Assembly: GCA_951406725.2 (NCBI GenBank) | Contig: OX597824.1 | Span: 48,360,001-48,424,000, forward strand | Source: Octopus vulgaris | Lineage: Eukaryota | Length of the DNA stretch: 64,000 nt | Reading direction: 5' to 3' | Part shown: positions 39,013-52,854 of the stretch, piece by piece | Numbering within the stretch: position 1 is the first letter of the stretch | How the letters are laid out: each line of letters begins with the position of its first letter | Made by a program: the position numbers and the translations under genes | The notes under the pieces: model-generated | The model's database searches: none | What the model was told of the DNA's origin: nothing | What the model saw: the letters and a program-made list of their open reading frames with translations, nothing else

Positions 39013-39274
39013 TCATTTGTGGAAGCAACGGCACGATTACGGAGTGGATAAGAGAACGGGATTACTTGCTTATAGGTCATGAGATCAAATCTGTTAGTTT
39101 CATTGCTTCTGGGCAAAGGTTGCTATTCTGCTAATACGAGATGCATTGTCTCTCATCTGCTTCACGATATCAATGGAAGAAACTAAACATCTTCTCTGCG
39201 GTGACCTCCACTCACAAGAAGACACTAATTCCACTAATTTCCCGAGGTTACCGAGTACATTGAGCCAAATGTTG

Positions 39275-39470
39275 GCTCAAGGCCAACAATTTTGGGAGAG
39301 GGATAAGTCGATTACATCGACTCCAGTGTTTGCCTAGGACTTAGTTTACCGACCCCGAAAGGATGAAAGGTAAACTAGACAACGGCGGATTTTGACCTCA
39401 AAACGTAAAGACGGACAAAATTCTGCTAAGTATTTTGCCCGGCGTGCTAACGATTCACCTAGCTTGCCGC
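39275..39470 (-). mobile_element. SINE family A
   Basis: cgaccccgaaaggatgaaagg..cccggcgtgctaacgattc. Confidence 0.8.
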
Positions 39471-39742
39471 CCTGCTTACCGTGTATAATAAACAGAACTT
39501 CATATTTGGTCCAGTTTGTCATATTTGTTTCAATAGATTTAACCAACCCCCATTGTATTGATTTCTCAATTTGATCCGCAAACTAAGAAGTATCCCCCAT
39601 TGAACATTACTGAAATTTTAAGAGATCACTCTTTATTAATTACAAAACACAGTTCGGATCCGTATAATTCTTTTTATTTCGCCATGGCGTTGGATAAGAT
39701 TAAAAAGCTTAAAAAAATTTTAATTTATTGTACGTGGCAATA

Positions 39743-40960
39743 AGGTGGCAAGCTGGCAGAAGCGTTAGCACAACATACACAATACTCAGCAAATTTCTTC
39801 AGGCAATTCTGCTTACAACAGAAAGGATTATCATTATTATTAAGACAGCGAACTAGTAGAATCGTTAGAAAACCGGACAAAATGCGGCATTTCGCCCGTC
39901 TTTACATTCTGAGTTCTGATTTCACCGAGGACGACTTTGGCTTTCATCCTTCCGGGGTCGATAAAATAAGTATCAGTTGAGCATTGGGGTTGACACACCT
40001 GAAATTGCTGGCCTTGTACCAAAATTTGAAACTAATTTTATTATACAGCAAGCTGGCAGAATCGTTAGCACACTGAACAAGATACTCAACGCCATTTCTT
40101 CAGGCTTTAATAATCAAGTTTGCCTTGCTGGGTTGACAAAATAAGCACCATTTCAGCACTGAGGCCGATGTGATCGACGTCTCCCCTGTCCCAAAATTTC
40201 AAGCCTTATGCGTATAGTAGAAAGGATAATATAATACATGACAGCAATATGGTGAGCTGGCAGACTCTTTGCCGCGCCAGACAAAATACTAAACGGTATT
40301 TCTTTTGGTTAAGGCGGCGAGCTGGCAGAAACGTTAGCACGCCGGGCGAAATGCGTAGCCGTATTTCGTCTGCCGTTGCGTTCTGAGTTCAAATTCCGCC
40401 GAGTCGACTTTGCCTTTCATCCTTTCGGGGTCGATAAATTAAGTACCAGTTACGCACTGGGGTCGATATAATCGACTTAATCCGTTTGTCTGACCTTGTT
40501 TACCCCTCTGTGTTTAGCCAGTTGAGTGTAGTAAAGAAATAGGTATTTCACCTGTCTTCACGTTTAAAGGCGGTGGGCTAGCAGAAACGTTAGCACGCCG
40601 TGCGAAATGCGTAGCCGTATTTCGTCTATCGCTACGTTCTGAGTTCAAATTCCGCCGAGGTTGACTTTGCCTTTCATCCTTTCGGGGTCGATTAAATAAG
40701 TACCAGTTACGCACTGGGGTCGATATAATCGACTTAATCCGTTTGTCTGTCCTTGTTTGTCCTCTCTGTGTTTAGCCCCTTGTGGGTAGTAAAAAAATAG
40801 GTATTTCTTTTGGTTTTACATTCTGAGCTCAAATGTCGCCGTGGTCGACTTTCAACTTTTCAGGGACGATGACACCAGATACCAGTTGAACACTGGCGAA
40901 CATGTAATTGATTAGTTCAATCCTTTAAAATTTTCAAATTTTGAGCCTATTGTGGAAAGA
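39743..40960 (+). mobile_element. head-to-tail and nested cluster of about six SINE family A copies
   Basis: Repeated heads (ctggcagaa.cgttagca-like) at ~39745, 39843, 40048, 40250, 40311 and 40566. Confidence 0.9.
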
Positions 40961-41789
40961 ATTGTACATGGCAATGTGTCCGCAACAAAGTTTTGAATCT
41001 TCACAGTCCCCATCTGCTTCTTATGAGAAACACAAAGTTAGAAAGTTCACTTTACGTAAAGCAATTACATTCAAATCAATGTTTTGACAGGTTATAGAAA
41101 GAAAATATGATTTTCATTTGAAAAAAAAAACAAAACAAAAACAAACGAAAATAAAAATACAAAACAGAAAAGGCTATACATTATGAGTTGCATGTTTGTG
41201 TGATAGTATGTCTGTGTGTTTGAACGTATGTTTTTGTATGTATATATTTGTGTGTTTGTATGTATGTGTTTGTGTGTTTGTATGTATGTGTTTGTGTGTT
41301 TGTATGTATGTGTTTCAAGTGTTAAACTAATAACCTCGTGATCTGAAAAATATAGACTTTATTCTTTACAAATGAGATTTTAAAGATAATCAGTGCAAAT
41401 TGGTTTAAGTAGTGAACATGTCTAATTAGCCAGCTCATTTTCCTTATTAGTTATTGTCAAACTCAATTCAATTACTTGTTAAAAAAAGAATCTTTAGGTC
41501 GGTCATAAAGCTGTATTCCCACCATATTCTCTCTCACTCGTATACACAGACGAACAAGGGCATTCATTACCATTCACAAATATACACATACACACTCTCC
41601 ACACGTATAAACACACACATAGTGATCTGAATGGAAAGGAGGAGGAGGGGAGAGTAGAGTTATTGAATGTATTCGGCTGATGCTATCTATTCCGTTTCTC
41701 ACTAGACATTATAAGTAGCAGTGGAGTCGGCATCAATCGAAAATTTTTTGCATACATACATATGTACACACAGACATACAGACAGACAG

Positions 41790-41843
<54 letters not shown>

Positions 41844-42182
41844 AGAGATACAAAGAATGAAAATGTATTATCAGCGATTTATCTTGTTTACACGCGTTTC
41901 AAATAGGTTAGCATATTGAGGTTTGCATATTTAATCGACTCATCCGTTGATCGATTAATTAACCAATGGTGGAAGCGATAAACAGAAGCACTCGTCTATT
42001 TTACAGGGCTGCTACATACAGAGACTGTACACAATATATAATTACGTTGGCCTATTAGCAGTTCGATGTCCACGGTAGGATATGAAACATCAACCTCCAC
42101 TCGGATGGTTATCTCCTGTTTTATACACTCAATTAACACTGTTTACTTTCAATGATATAATGTGTGTGTACATGTGTATGTA

Positions 42183-42225
<43 letters not shown>

Positions 42226-42309
42226 TATACACATATAGGTGTATGTATATTTTGGATATGTATGTACATATATATGTATGCGAATGTATGTATGTATGGT
42301 TTATGGTAT

Positions 42310-42540
42310 TTGCTACCAATCGGGTGGGACATCTCTACCAAATTCAAGAATGTTCTTGGCCATATTTGGTGTCACATCCAGGCTGTATGGAGGATTAAAC
42401 CAGCTGTTGAGACACATCCACATTTCTGTGGTTTCAGGTGGTATTATTCGATGGAATATACTATACTTTATTTTCGAGGCATCGTGACAAGAGGGTTCAG
42501 CTTTGCCTTACTATAATTAGGATATGGAAACGATTTATAT
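42310..42540 (-). mobile_element. Penelope-like RT C-terminal fragment
   Basis: SWFNPPYSLDVTPNMAKN matches the PLE motif WFNPPYS..V.TNI.K.FL. Confidence 0.75.
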
Positions 42541-42594
42541 ATATTAAGTTTTCTGGTCCTCCCTACGTGGCCTTGAAGAATCTAGTGAATAATA

Positions 42595-43010
42595 TTGGTT
42601 TTAAATTTTGGCACAAGGCCAGGAATTTCGGGGGAAGGAGATGATTAAATCGACCCAGTGCTCGACTGGTACTTATTTCATCAATCCCGAAAGGATGAAA
42701 GGTAAAGTCAACCTCTCTGAAATTTGAACTCAGAACGTAAAACCGTTCAAAATGTCGCTAAACATTTTGCCCGGCGTGTTAATGATTCAGCCTGCTCACT
42801 GCCTTAATCTGGTTTCAAATTTTGGCACAAGGCCAGGAATTTCGGCGTTGGAATAAGTACCAGTGTTTGCCTGGTACTTATTTTATCGACCTCGAAAGGA
42901 TGAAAGGAAAGTCGACCTCGGCAGAATTTGAACTCAGAACGTAAAGGCGGGCGAAATAACGCTAAGCAATTTTCCCAACGTGCTAAGAAGTCTGCCAGCT
43001 TGCCGTCTCA
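42595..43010 (-). mobile_element. two tandem SINE family A copies
   Basis: aaattttggcacaaggccaggaatttcgg occurs at ~42603 and ~42817. Confidence 0.87.
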
Positions 43011-43171
43011 ATCTAGTTAATGATATTAGCCCGGTATTTCTAATATAACGCCAAATGTCAACCGTTTTGACGCCTTGAAAGAGTACGGACTCCATGAAGA
43101 GATACAACATATACCGCCTTGTAACACCTTGCAGAACCACACACACACACACACACGCACACACACACACG

Positions 43172-43223
<52 letters not shown>

Positions 43224-43234
43224 AAAGTGCTGAT

Positions 43235-43470
43235 GCATAACGTCATCCGATTTAATCCCCTCTGTAGACTAGGTGTGGAATCAACATCGCCAGAATTATC
43301 TTGAACCTTATATAAAAGCTCTTTCCAATTGGCAAACTATTTGACAAGAACAATTTGAAAGTTAGCTGCAACTATATGAACAGCATCAAAAGTCAGATTT
43401 CTGGCACAGGCAGCAGAAATTCCAACGGAGCTCTATTATTTAACCAACCCCAATGTAATTGTGCCAACAT
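43235..43470 (+). mobile_element. Penelope-like RT/linker fragment
   Basis: NVIRFNPLC..NIARIILNLI..FP..KLFDKNNLKVSCNYMNSIKSQISG..CNC. Confidence 0.75.
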
Positions 43471-43822
43471 TATTATACTTAGATATATTCACACATACAT
43501 GTGCATAAACACCCATACACTCATCGTCATGGCTTTTATAAAATCAACTTGAATGCGCTTTTATTAAAACAGTAATACAAATACACATACATACATACAT
43601 ACACAAACACACACACAAGCATGTTCACTCATATATATGTGCACATATATATGTACGCATCTATGAGAATATAATTATGTATCCTTCTATCTATTGGTGT
43701 TTGTATATATATATTTTATTAATATTTATCAGAAGCAACACAGTGACTTAAGGGCCGAGAGCTTCGTGTATATATATATATACATACATACATACATACA
43801 TACATACATACATACATACATA

Positions 43823-45097
43823 GAGGGTGCCCCAAAATTAAGGCAACCAACTCTTTTCAATTTTGCCAAAGCAAAATATTGTTATATTCCAGGTCTTAAC
43901 GTTGCCATGCAATGGTAAGGGAATCACAATTATGACACTACCACATTTATTCGTTATTGCTACCTCTACTTCGAATCACAGCCTAAGGTCTAGGTGCGAA
44001 TGCTTCACACGCGGCATGCAGCCGTTCTTGCGGAATCGAAGACATTCCTGGCGCAGTTTTTGCCTTCAGAACGTCAACAGAAGCATGAGGAGTGCTGGAG
44101 ATCCTCGTCTCCAAAATGAACCAAAGAGAAAACTTCAACGGGCTTAGATCGGGGCTTTTTGAGGGCCATACATCCTTGCCTATGAACAACGGAATTTTTT
44201 TTTAGTCCAGTGCTGTGTCTGTTTGGAGCTGTGGTGCCGAGTCCTGTTGGAAGCTCCAAGATGCGCCTTGAAAGTGCTCGTTTGCCTATGAAAACAGTTC
44301 AGCATCCAAAATGTCGCTAATGTATCGCTGGATATTAACTTTAATACCCGAGGGCACAAAAACAAGGATAGACTTGCTAGTGGCTGCCACAGCCGCCCAA
44401 ACTAGCTGCAGATTTTGAGGTCGATTTACGAGTCTATCCTCGACGGAGGCAGGTACATCCCAAAGTCTGTCATTCTGGTGGTTTACTGTTTGTTCGATGC
44501 CAAATTTCTTTTCATCAGTGAACACCAGGTTCAGCAGCGTGCTTTCAGCAATCTGACGCAGGATAAGACGACTTCTATCTAGTTTCATGGTCTTATAAAC
44601 TTGCGTGAGCTCATGACGGTGGATCATCTTGAAGGGGTGGATCCTGAGATTCTCTTTCGTCACACAATACATCGATGTTCGGCTTATTTTGCTGTGACAG
44701 CCAGTTTTCTGACGGACTGACAAGGATTTCGCCGTATTTTTCTCAGGTACTTTTGATAAGCTAATGGGTCCGCACACTTCTTTTTCGGTCAAGTTCAGGT
44801 CGATCAGTGGTGGAACAAGTGTCTTGAAATTTCTTGACAATTTTCCAGACTGTTATTCGGTTAATATTAAGCTTTTTAGCTATAGTTTTATTTCTTTCGC
44901 CTCCTTTGTGGAGGGCTATGATTGTGTTTCAGTCTAAAGCCATTATCTAATTTATAAATCTAAATTTATTTAGTCTGAAACAAAGAGAAAACACACTAAA
45001 GCTTTTATAATGATGTATAAATTTCATATATGTTATTACATTTATTGATAGTTATTAAAACCCGAAACTTCGGTTGCCTTAATTCCAGGACATCCTA
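43823..45097 (-). mobile_element. Tc1/mariner-superfamily transposon, maT/DD37D-like, near full length, inactive
   Basis: 26 bp TIRs (gagggtgccccaaaattaaggcaacc / ggttgccttaattccaggacatccta) with TA flanks; VFTDEKKF, VWAAV, FQQDSAP, WPSKSPDLSPLK; stops and frameshifts present. Confidence 0.93.
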
Positions 45098-45104
45098 TAT
45101 ATAA

Positions 45105-45185
<81 letters not shown>

Positions 45186-45216
45186 TGTCTGTGTGTGTAT
45201 ACACACGTTTATATAC

Positions 45217-45250
<34 letters not shown>

Positions 45251-45405
45251 ATGTATGTTTACATCTGTCTATCAAGCTATCTATCAATCTACTTGTACGT
45301 ACGTACGTACATACACACACACATACATACATACATACATACATACATACATACATACATACATACATACATACATACATACATACATACATACATACAT
45401 ACATA

Positions 45406-45618
45406 CGAGGTGGTGCTGAAAAGCTCCTGGCTTTCAGTAAAAGAAAATACAGAAGAGTCAGTTAATTATGACTTTTTTCAACATATCCCCCTCTTAGATT
45501 CACACATTGTAGCGGTCCTTCGGTTTTTCTAAGCCCTGGAAAATGAACTCGGCTAGCTGGACCTCCAATCAGGCCTTTCGTGAAACCCTTAAAGCCCAGA
45601 ACTTTTCAACACTCCCTC

Positions 45619-45619
<1 letters not shown>
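45406..45619. mobile_element. mariner-derived MITE
   Basis: ta|cgaggtggtgctgaaaagctcctggcttt ... aaagcccagaacttttcaacactccctcg|ta. Confidence 0.85.
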
Positions 45620-45706
<87 letters not shown>

Positions 45707-46036
45707 TCAATTGGCAGAGTCACTCAGGCGCCTGCGTCACGTGTTCATGTTCCACCGAGGCGAACAATTCTCTTTCATTCGTCTGCAGTGGATACTTGAA
45801 ATACCAGGCTTACACTGCGTCGATTCATTTTTTTCTGTCTCTCTGCCCGTCTTTCTATCTTTCGAGAAGAAATCGTCTGTGGTCAAACTTGGAGAGCGAT
45901 GGACTCTGTCTGGTGTGAAACTAGTAAAATTACGCTGTACGTCACGACGACACTCGTACTACTCTTTCAAGGAGTTGAGGGTCAGATGCAAGACATATTC
46001 TTATGTGTGTTTATATGTGAGTGTGGATGTGTCTAC

Positions 46037-46093
<57 letters not shown>

Positions 46094-46166
46094 ATGTAGA
46101 CACACCCATATATATATATATGTATGTATGTATATATGTATGTATATATATATGTATGTATGTGTG

Positions 46167-46326
46167 TATATAAAATAGAAGCAGGAAAATGCACACAGTT
46201 TACATAGTTTTAATATATTTTTTAATATATTTTATAAGTGAATACAATACTCTTTCACTTATAAAATATATTAAAAAATATATTAAAACTGTGTAAACTG
46301 TGTGCATTCTCCTTTTATTTTATATA
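46167..46326. repeat. AT-rich fold-back element
   Basis: Core arms 46188-46242 and 46254-46308 are almost perfect reverse complements. Confidence 0.92.
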
Positions 46327-46465
46327 TGTATGTACTTTTTGCATTACAACTTACCACGTGGGGATAATCGAAATTCTCCTCGTCCCATTTCTTTACTATA
46401 CACCACACACACACACACATACATACACACACATACATACATACATACATACATACATACATACA

Positions 46466-46593
<128 letters not shown>

Positions 46594-46604
46594 CACACAC
46601 ATAT

Positions 46605-47235
46605 TACTTGTTTGAGTCAGTTAACTGCGGCCATGCTGGAGCACCGTATTGAAGGGGTTTTAATCAAACAAATCGACCTCAGGACTTATTTTTAAAGCCT
46701 AGGACTTATTCTGTCCGTCTCATTTGCTGAGCCGCTAAGTTACGGGGACGTAAACACACCAACACCGATGGTCCTGTGGTGGTGGAAGGAGAAATAAACA
46801 CACAGACACATACACACGCACATATATATACACATACGCACATATATATACAAATACGCACATATATATACACACACACACATACATATATTATGGGCTT
46901 CTTTCAGTTTCCTACTGCCAAATCCACTTAAAAAGCTTTGGTCGGCGCGTGGCTATAGTAGAAGATACTTGTTCAAGGTGCCATGCAGTTAGACTGAACC
47001 TGAAATCATACTGATGGGGAGAAACCTTCTTATCACACACCCACGTTGTACGTACATGCATACGTATTTACGAACGTACGAACGTATGTATGTATGTATC
47101 TTTACTTGTTTCAGTCATTGGACTGCGGCCATGCTGGGACACCACCTTCAAGGGCTTTGTCGAACAAATTGACTTCCGTACTTATATTTAAGCTTGGTAC
47201 TTATCGTATCAATTAAATTTGTCTTTTGCCGGACT
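46605..47235 (-). mobile_element. SINE family B, full length (46605-47045) plus 3' fragment (47098-47235)
   Basis: Family motifs reverse complemented. Confidence 0.85.
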
Positions 47236-48055
47236 GCAGAGTCCTGAAGAGGGACAAACAGAGCACAAACACAAAGACACATATACATCTAGGCTGGAGT
47301 AATGTCTTGATATGTGCGTGAAATGGATTAATGTAATCGGGGTTGCACAGTGTCACCTGCCTCACTCTCTCGTCCCTTTCTATCTAATTCCATTGGCAGG
47401 ACGAAGTCAAGACAGGTCGGGATGCAGTGGATGGCCGCAGTGTTCTTCATGTCTCACAGTGTCCTGTTCATGCTCCTCAACGCTTGGTGGTTCACTCTCT
47501 TGTTCGTTAAACCAATATGGTGGTTTCCTCCGCACAGTCCGCCGTGTCCAGTCTTCTCGCGCATAGGTTCGTGTCCACCGCTTCCTAGCCCCGTTGCTGA
47601 GACGTCGTCGGCGTCGGCGCCGTCTGCGCTTCGCTCTGGGCAGCCCTGATCGAAGGGACACCGAACCACGCTGGGCGAAAAGAGCTCGAGGATTTGAGAG
47701 ACGTCAGCTATCCTCACCATCGTTTAGCCGGCCTGGTGAAGCCGTTGCCCAGAGCGTGGCTGCAGTTGCATACAGACAGCTTCAAAGACCACATGTGAGA
47801 GCTGGATTTCAGGTGAAGCCCAAAGGGGGCGAAATGCCACATGTTCTCCCGTCAGATGTACTACCCCACTCCATGTATCTATGTGTTTGTGCAGACACCC
47901 CCATGCATATACACATAGATGCACACACATATTTGTATGTGTTTGTATGTGTGTGTATGCGTTCGTATGTATTTACTATAGACCCGGTTGACCGAAGCCT
48001 TGTCAGTTGATATGGTAGACGGGAAGTGAAATAGGCCCGTTCTATGCATATATAA

Positions 48056-48088
<33 letters not shown>

Positions 48089-48589
48089 TGTATGTATGTA
48101 TGTGTGTATGTATGTATGTATGTATTTATGTATGTAAGTACGTAAGTATGTATGTATGTATCTTTGTAGATACATATGCGACCAAGTAAACACACACACA
48201 CTCTCACTCACACACACAAAGGAAAAAATCGACGAACACACTCTAGCACACTTACAAACTCACATACTCATACCTATATCCTACTTATTCAATTCCAGAC
48301 GTATATTACAGAACTATTATAAAGCGACGAAGTACACAACCATATGTATATATATTAAGATATACATGTATGTAAGCGTGTACTTGAATATACATGCATA
48401 CATGCATACACACATACATACGTACATACATTCATACATGCATGCGTACGCCTGTACGTACGTACATACATATATACATAAACAGATAGATACATTGATA
48501 GATATACAGTTATACACACACACATAATTATATGCATATTTGCGTGCGTGTGAGTGTGAACCTGTGTCTAGGTATATGTGTGTGTGTGC

Positions 48590-48686
<97 letters not shown>

Positions 48687-49044
48687 AGTGAGTGTGTGTG
48701 TGCGCGTGTGGTTTCTCTATTCTGTATTTCCTTGAACATCTGCTGCAATCTAGTTAAGAATATTCGCCTAGCTATCAACATCTAGCAATAATCAAATCAG
48801 TCACTAAGCTTAATCATATTTTACAACAGCAAGTATATGTATGTATGTATGTATGTATGTTAGTATGTATGTATGTATGTATGCATATCTTCACCGGCAT
48901 GCGACTGCATGTGGCGGATCAGCAGGAAGTTGAATATATATGTGCACCTTCATACTTACATACTATTATGAATATATGGAATGCATACATACACAGACAT
49001 ACATTATTGCATACAAGCATACGTACATACAAACACGCACAGAC

Positions 49045-49093
<49 letters not shown>

Positions 49094-49209
49094 CAACATG
49101 TATACGTATTTATAAATATGTATACATGTAGGTATACATTAATTACATTTATATATTTATATATATTTATATCTTTGTGTGTATTTGTATATTACCATAT
49201 TTCTGTCAT

Positions 49210-49864
49210 TATATATATATATATAAAACTGAGAATGTGTGTCTGTCTGTCTGTCTGTCTGTGTGAATCCCTAAAACTTGAGAACTACACAACCATTTTC
49301 ATTCAAATTTTACACATGCCTTACTTAGGGTCCAGGATGGTGAGGGATCCTACATTGGGAGTGGTAACGACTAGGGTAGGGTAGCTGACTGCTTATTGTG
49401 ATCATTCGTCTTTTGGTTTCCTGTAGCTTTGCACTCTTTTACAAACCCAGTGAACATATATTTCCTATTTCAAAGAAATTCAAACAATAGATATAAGACC
49501 CAAGTTAAAAAGATTCTCAATAATTCAACTTCTCTGGTTGATATTAAGTTGCCCACCCCCAACAGGGGCCTTAACTTTCACATTTTGGAGCTCCATGACC
49601 TTCATTTTTCAAGAACAAAATCTTTTAAACAGGTTCAATAAGACTGGAATTTTGGAATATGCGCATAAAAATCAGTAGTATGGGATACATGTGGCACGAT
49701 TACAATTATTGGGGGGTGGGGGGGGGGGTAAAGAGAGAAATAACCCTCATCTGCAATTTTGATGAAATTCGAAACAGATATTCTAGTTCATTAGAGAAAA
49801 TATAACAGAAAAGTATAATTCTTCAATTGTATGTAACACGGGCAACGCCGGGTATCTCTGCTAG
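49210..49864 (+). mobile_element. non-autonomous Helitron
   Basis: 5' tatatatataaaactgagaatgtg(tctg)n; 3' GC hairpin cgggcaacgccggg followed by CTAG|T. Confidence 0.75.
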
Positions 49865-49936
49865 TATATATATATATATATATATATATAGATATATATA
49901 TATATATTTATATATATATATATATATAGGTATATA

Positions 49937-49972
<36 letters not shown>

Positions 49973-49974
49973 TA

Positions 49975-50380
49975 TCGAAGGCGGTTTTTGGTTCGTCTTT
50001 ACGTTCTGAGATCAAATACTGCCGAGGTCGACTTTGCCTTTCATCATTCCGGAGTATATATATTAAGTACCAGTGAAACACTGGGATCGATGTAATCGAT
50101 TAGTCTACTCTCCTCCATAATCAGGCCTTGTGCTTTTAGGAGAAAGAAACATGGTTCCGGAGTCAGTCCCATGCAATGGTACCTTGGGCAAGAGTCTTCT
50201 ACTATACCCGCAGGCTTACGTCCACTATAGCTTAACGATTCGGTAAAAAAAAACCCCACTGATAGAATAAGTACAAGGCTTACAAAGAATAAGTCATGGG
50301 GTCGATTCGTTGGACTAAAGGTGGTGCTCCAACATGGCCACAGTCAAATAACTGCAACAAGTAAAAGAGCAAAACAATAA
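49975..50380 (+). mobile_element. SINE family A fragment followed by internally deleted SINE family B
   Basis: Family motifs. Confidence 0.8.
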
Positions 50381-50524
50381 AATAATATATATATATACGT
50401 CTGTGTGTATGAATGTATGTATATATGTATACATATATACACTCACGCGTATTACATCATATACATACATATAAGGCATTATAATTTTATATTGGTGATA
50501 TGTATAAATCTATACACGCACACA

Positions 50525-50571
<47 letters not shown>

Positions 50572-51699
50572 TCTTTCTTTGTTTTTCTTACGAGCAGTTT
50601 CTATTTGTTTCGAATGAAATATTTTTTTATTCGGTTGTATTTTTTGCATACTTTATTTGTTATTGTTGTTGTTTCTGCTTTCCTTTATGCTGCTATCGCT
50701 TTTCCTCTTCTTGCTGCCGCTGTTGTCGTTGCTCGCTTTCCTCTCAATGCTAACGCTGTTTTATTCTGTATATCAACACGATGACATATTTTATCAATCA
50801 ATTCACTGAATTATCGAACAACTAAGTGATTGATTAACAAGCTTAGTCAGGAAATATTAAAATTAGGGATCGAGAGGATGTTGTTTTCGCAATAAATCAC
50901 ATCCCATCGCCAAAATATCTTGGATTGTTTCATATTTAGGAAAGGTTTTTCTCCGGTGTAAATATTTTCCAAACCTAACCTGAGTCTCTGTGAGTTCTGT
51001 ATTTGTCTGTGACCTACCTTCAGTATCGTTTCCTTCTAATGGAATGGAAATCCATTTCACGCGTGAGCGTCTCACTCTTCTCTCTCACTCTCTCTCACTC
51101 CCGATATCTCTCTATTTTCCTGCCCCTCTCGCTCATCTCTCTCTTTCTTTCTTTCTTTCTTTCGTTTTCTTTTTCTTCTCTTCCAAATGTGTGTGCGTAC
51201 GCACACGCGAATGTATGTATGTATGTATGTATATACATATATACATATACATATATATATACATAAATATATATATACATATAAACACACACGCAACTAT
51301 GTCTATGTAAACATCTATCTATGAATACATACGTTATATCATTCACCCACGCATACATATGGACAAACCTATATATATATATATGTTTGTGTGTGTGTGT
51401 GTGTGTATGCGTGTGTGTGCGTATAACTGAATCACGACATTCACCAGACTAACGGCTATTGTTATAAACCGTTTGTCACGGTGCATTTCGCTTCGTTTGA
51501 ACTTTCGAATCATATCACCACGCTTGATATGCTGACAAGCCAGCATTGCCCCAAAACTGAACGTCAGTCAGTCGCAGGATTTACCATTGACAGCTGACTG
51601 GATTGGTCCAACGTGAAATGCAGTGTTTTGCACAAGAACACAATGCACAGCCGATCTTATAATTAAAATGCCGCGATCGCGAGCGCAACCATCCGAACC

Positions 51700-51860
51700 A
51701 TTGGGCAACAATCTTTCCCTACCCTTAAATCTCATACACATTTGCTCGGTTTCAAGAATCTGTCTTGCAATTATTTCCTGCGATACTCTAATCACATGTC
51801 CGTAGTACCGGAACTCTGTACTCTCAGTGCGGCTAGACTCTGATCTATGCTCCTTGTCGA
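51700..51860 (-). mobile_element. RTE-clade LINE C-terminal fragment
   Basis: FRYYGHVIRVSQEIIARQILE..RFKGR resembles the RTE LRW.GHV.RM...R..GRP tail. Confidence 0.65.
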
Positions 51861-52807
51861 AAAACAACAACAACTTTAGGGCCTAATATCTATTGTAGAA
51901 AGAATGATACGTATGTCAACGTTGCTATACCAAAGCGGTGCATAATCAGGGAGTAGATCTTCGCAGTTTCGAATTTCATTAGATTTTTATTCAGACCTAA
52001 CATTTACAAGAACCGATATTGCGATAGTTTAGTCTCTGATCACATGTTCTCATTAACGAAGCTATCAACCCCAACCGCAAACAAATCATCACAACAAGGC
52101 TAGATTATGTTCTCCTGCATATAATAATAGATTACGTCATATTCTACGTAGTGAAAGTATATTTAAAACAGAGATACGCATCGTTTCATAATGGCATTAT
52201 CAAAGAGTATCTACTTTCCCCCACCAATACCACCACCATAACGTTTATTGTTATTATCTCCTCTTCTTTCCTTTGTCATTTTCTGATCCCTTCTCATCAA
52301 TATTTGTTTTTACCAATCAGCCTATTCTAATCAAATTCCCAGCAGATTAATTTAGCTGCCGTATTTACCTTTTTTTGCCTTTTGATCACATTTTAGTTTA
52401 TTTTCTTTATGTATTTGTGTTTCGCTACTTCCATCGACCTTAATGATTGCATTTAATATTGGGTTCCTGATTTTTCTTGATAGTCATTGATTTATCGATG
52501 ACAGCTTCTATCTAGTCTTTGTTTAACGTGTGCATACGTGTGTTAAGGGCGGGGTGGGAGGCTCAAATACTCTTTTCCCAGTTTTACATTTAGGAATTGG
52601 ATAGCTCCTTAATAGACTTTCTTGCTTCAAAATCTTATCATTTCCATGCGGCCCTAATAGCATTTTAGATTTAAAACAAAATCCACGCATTGACGTATTT
52701 GATTAGAATTAATTTGGGAAGATATGCGTCACGAATAACAGCACGTGCTCCAATGAGACAGGTATTAACAATAATAGGACAAGTAGTAGTAGTAGTAGTA
52801 ATAGTAA

Positions 52808-52854
<47 letters not shown>

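Noticed and set aside
39743-40960. Regularly recurring repeats resembling a CRISPR array
   Set aside because: Units are ~200-250 bp SINEs with Pol III boxes; no unique spacers or cas genes; eukaryotic context.
47645-47680. Hammerhead-like CUGAUCGA..GAAC
   Set aside because: Insertion in the core, no GAAA and no stem III or cleavage triplet.
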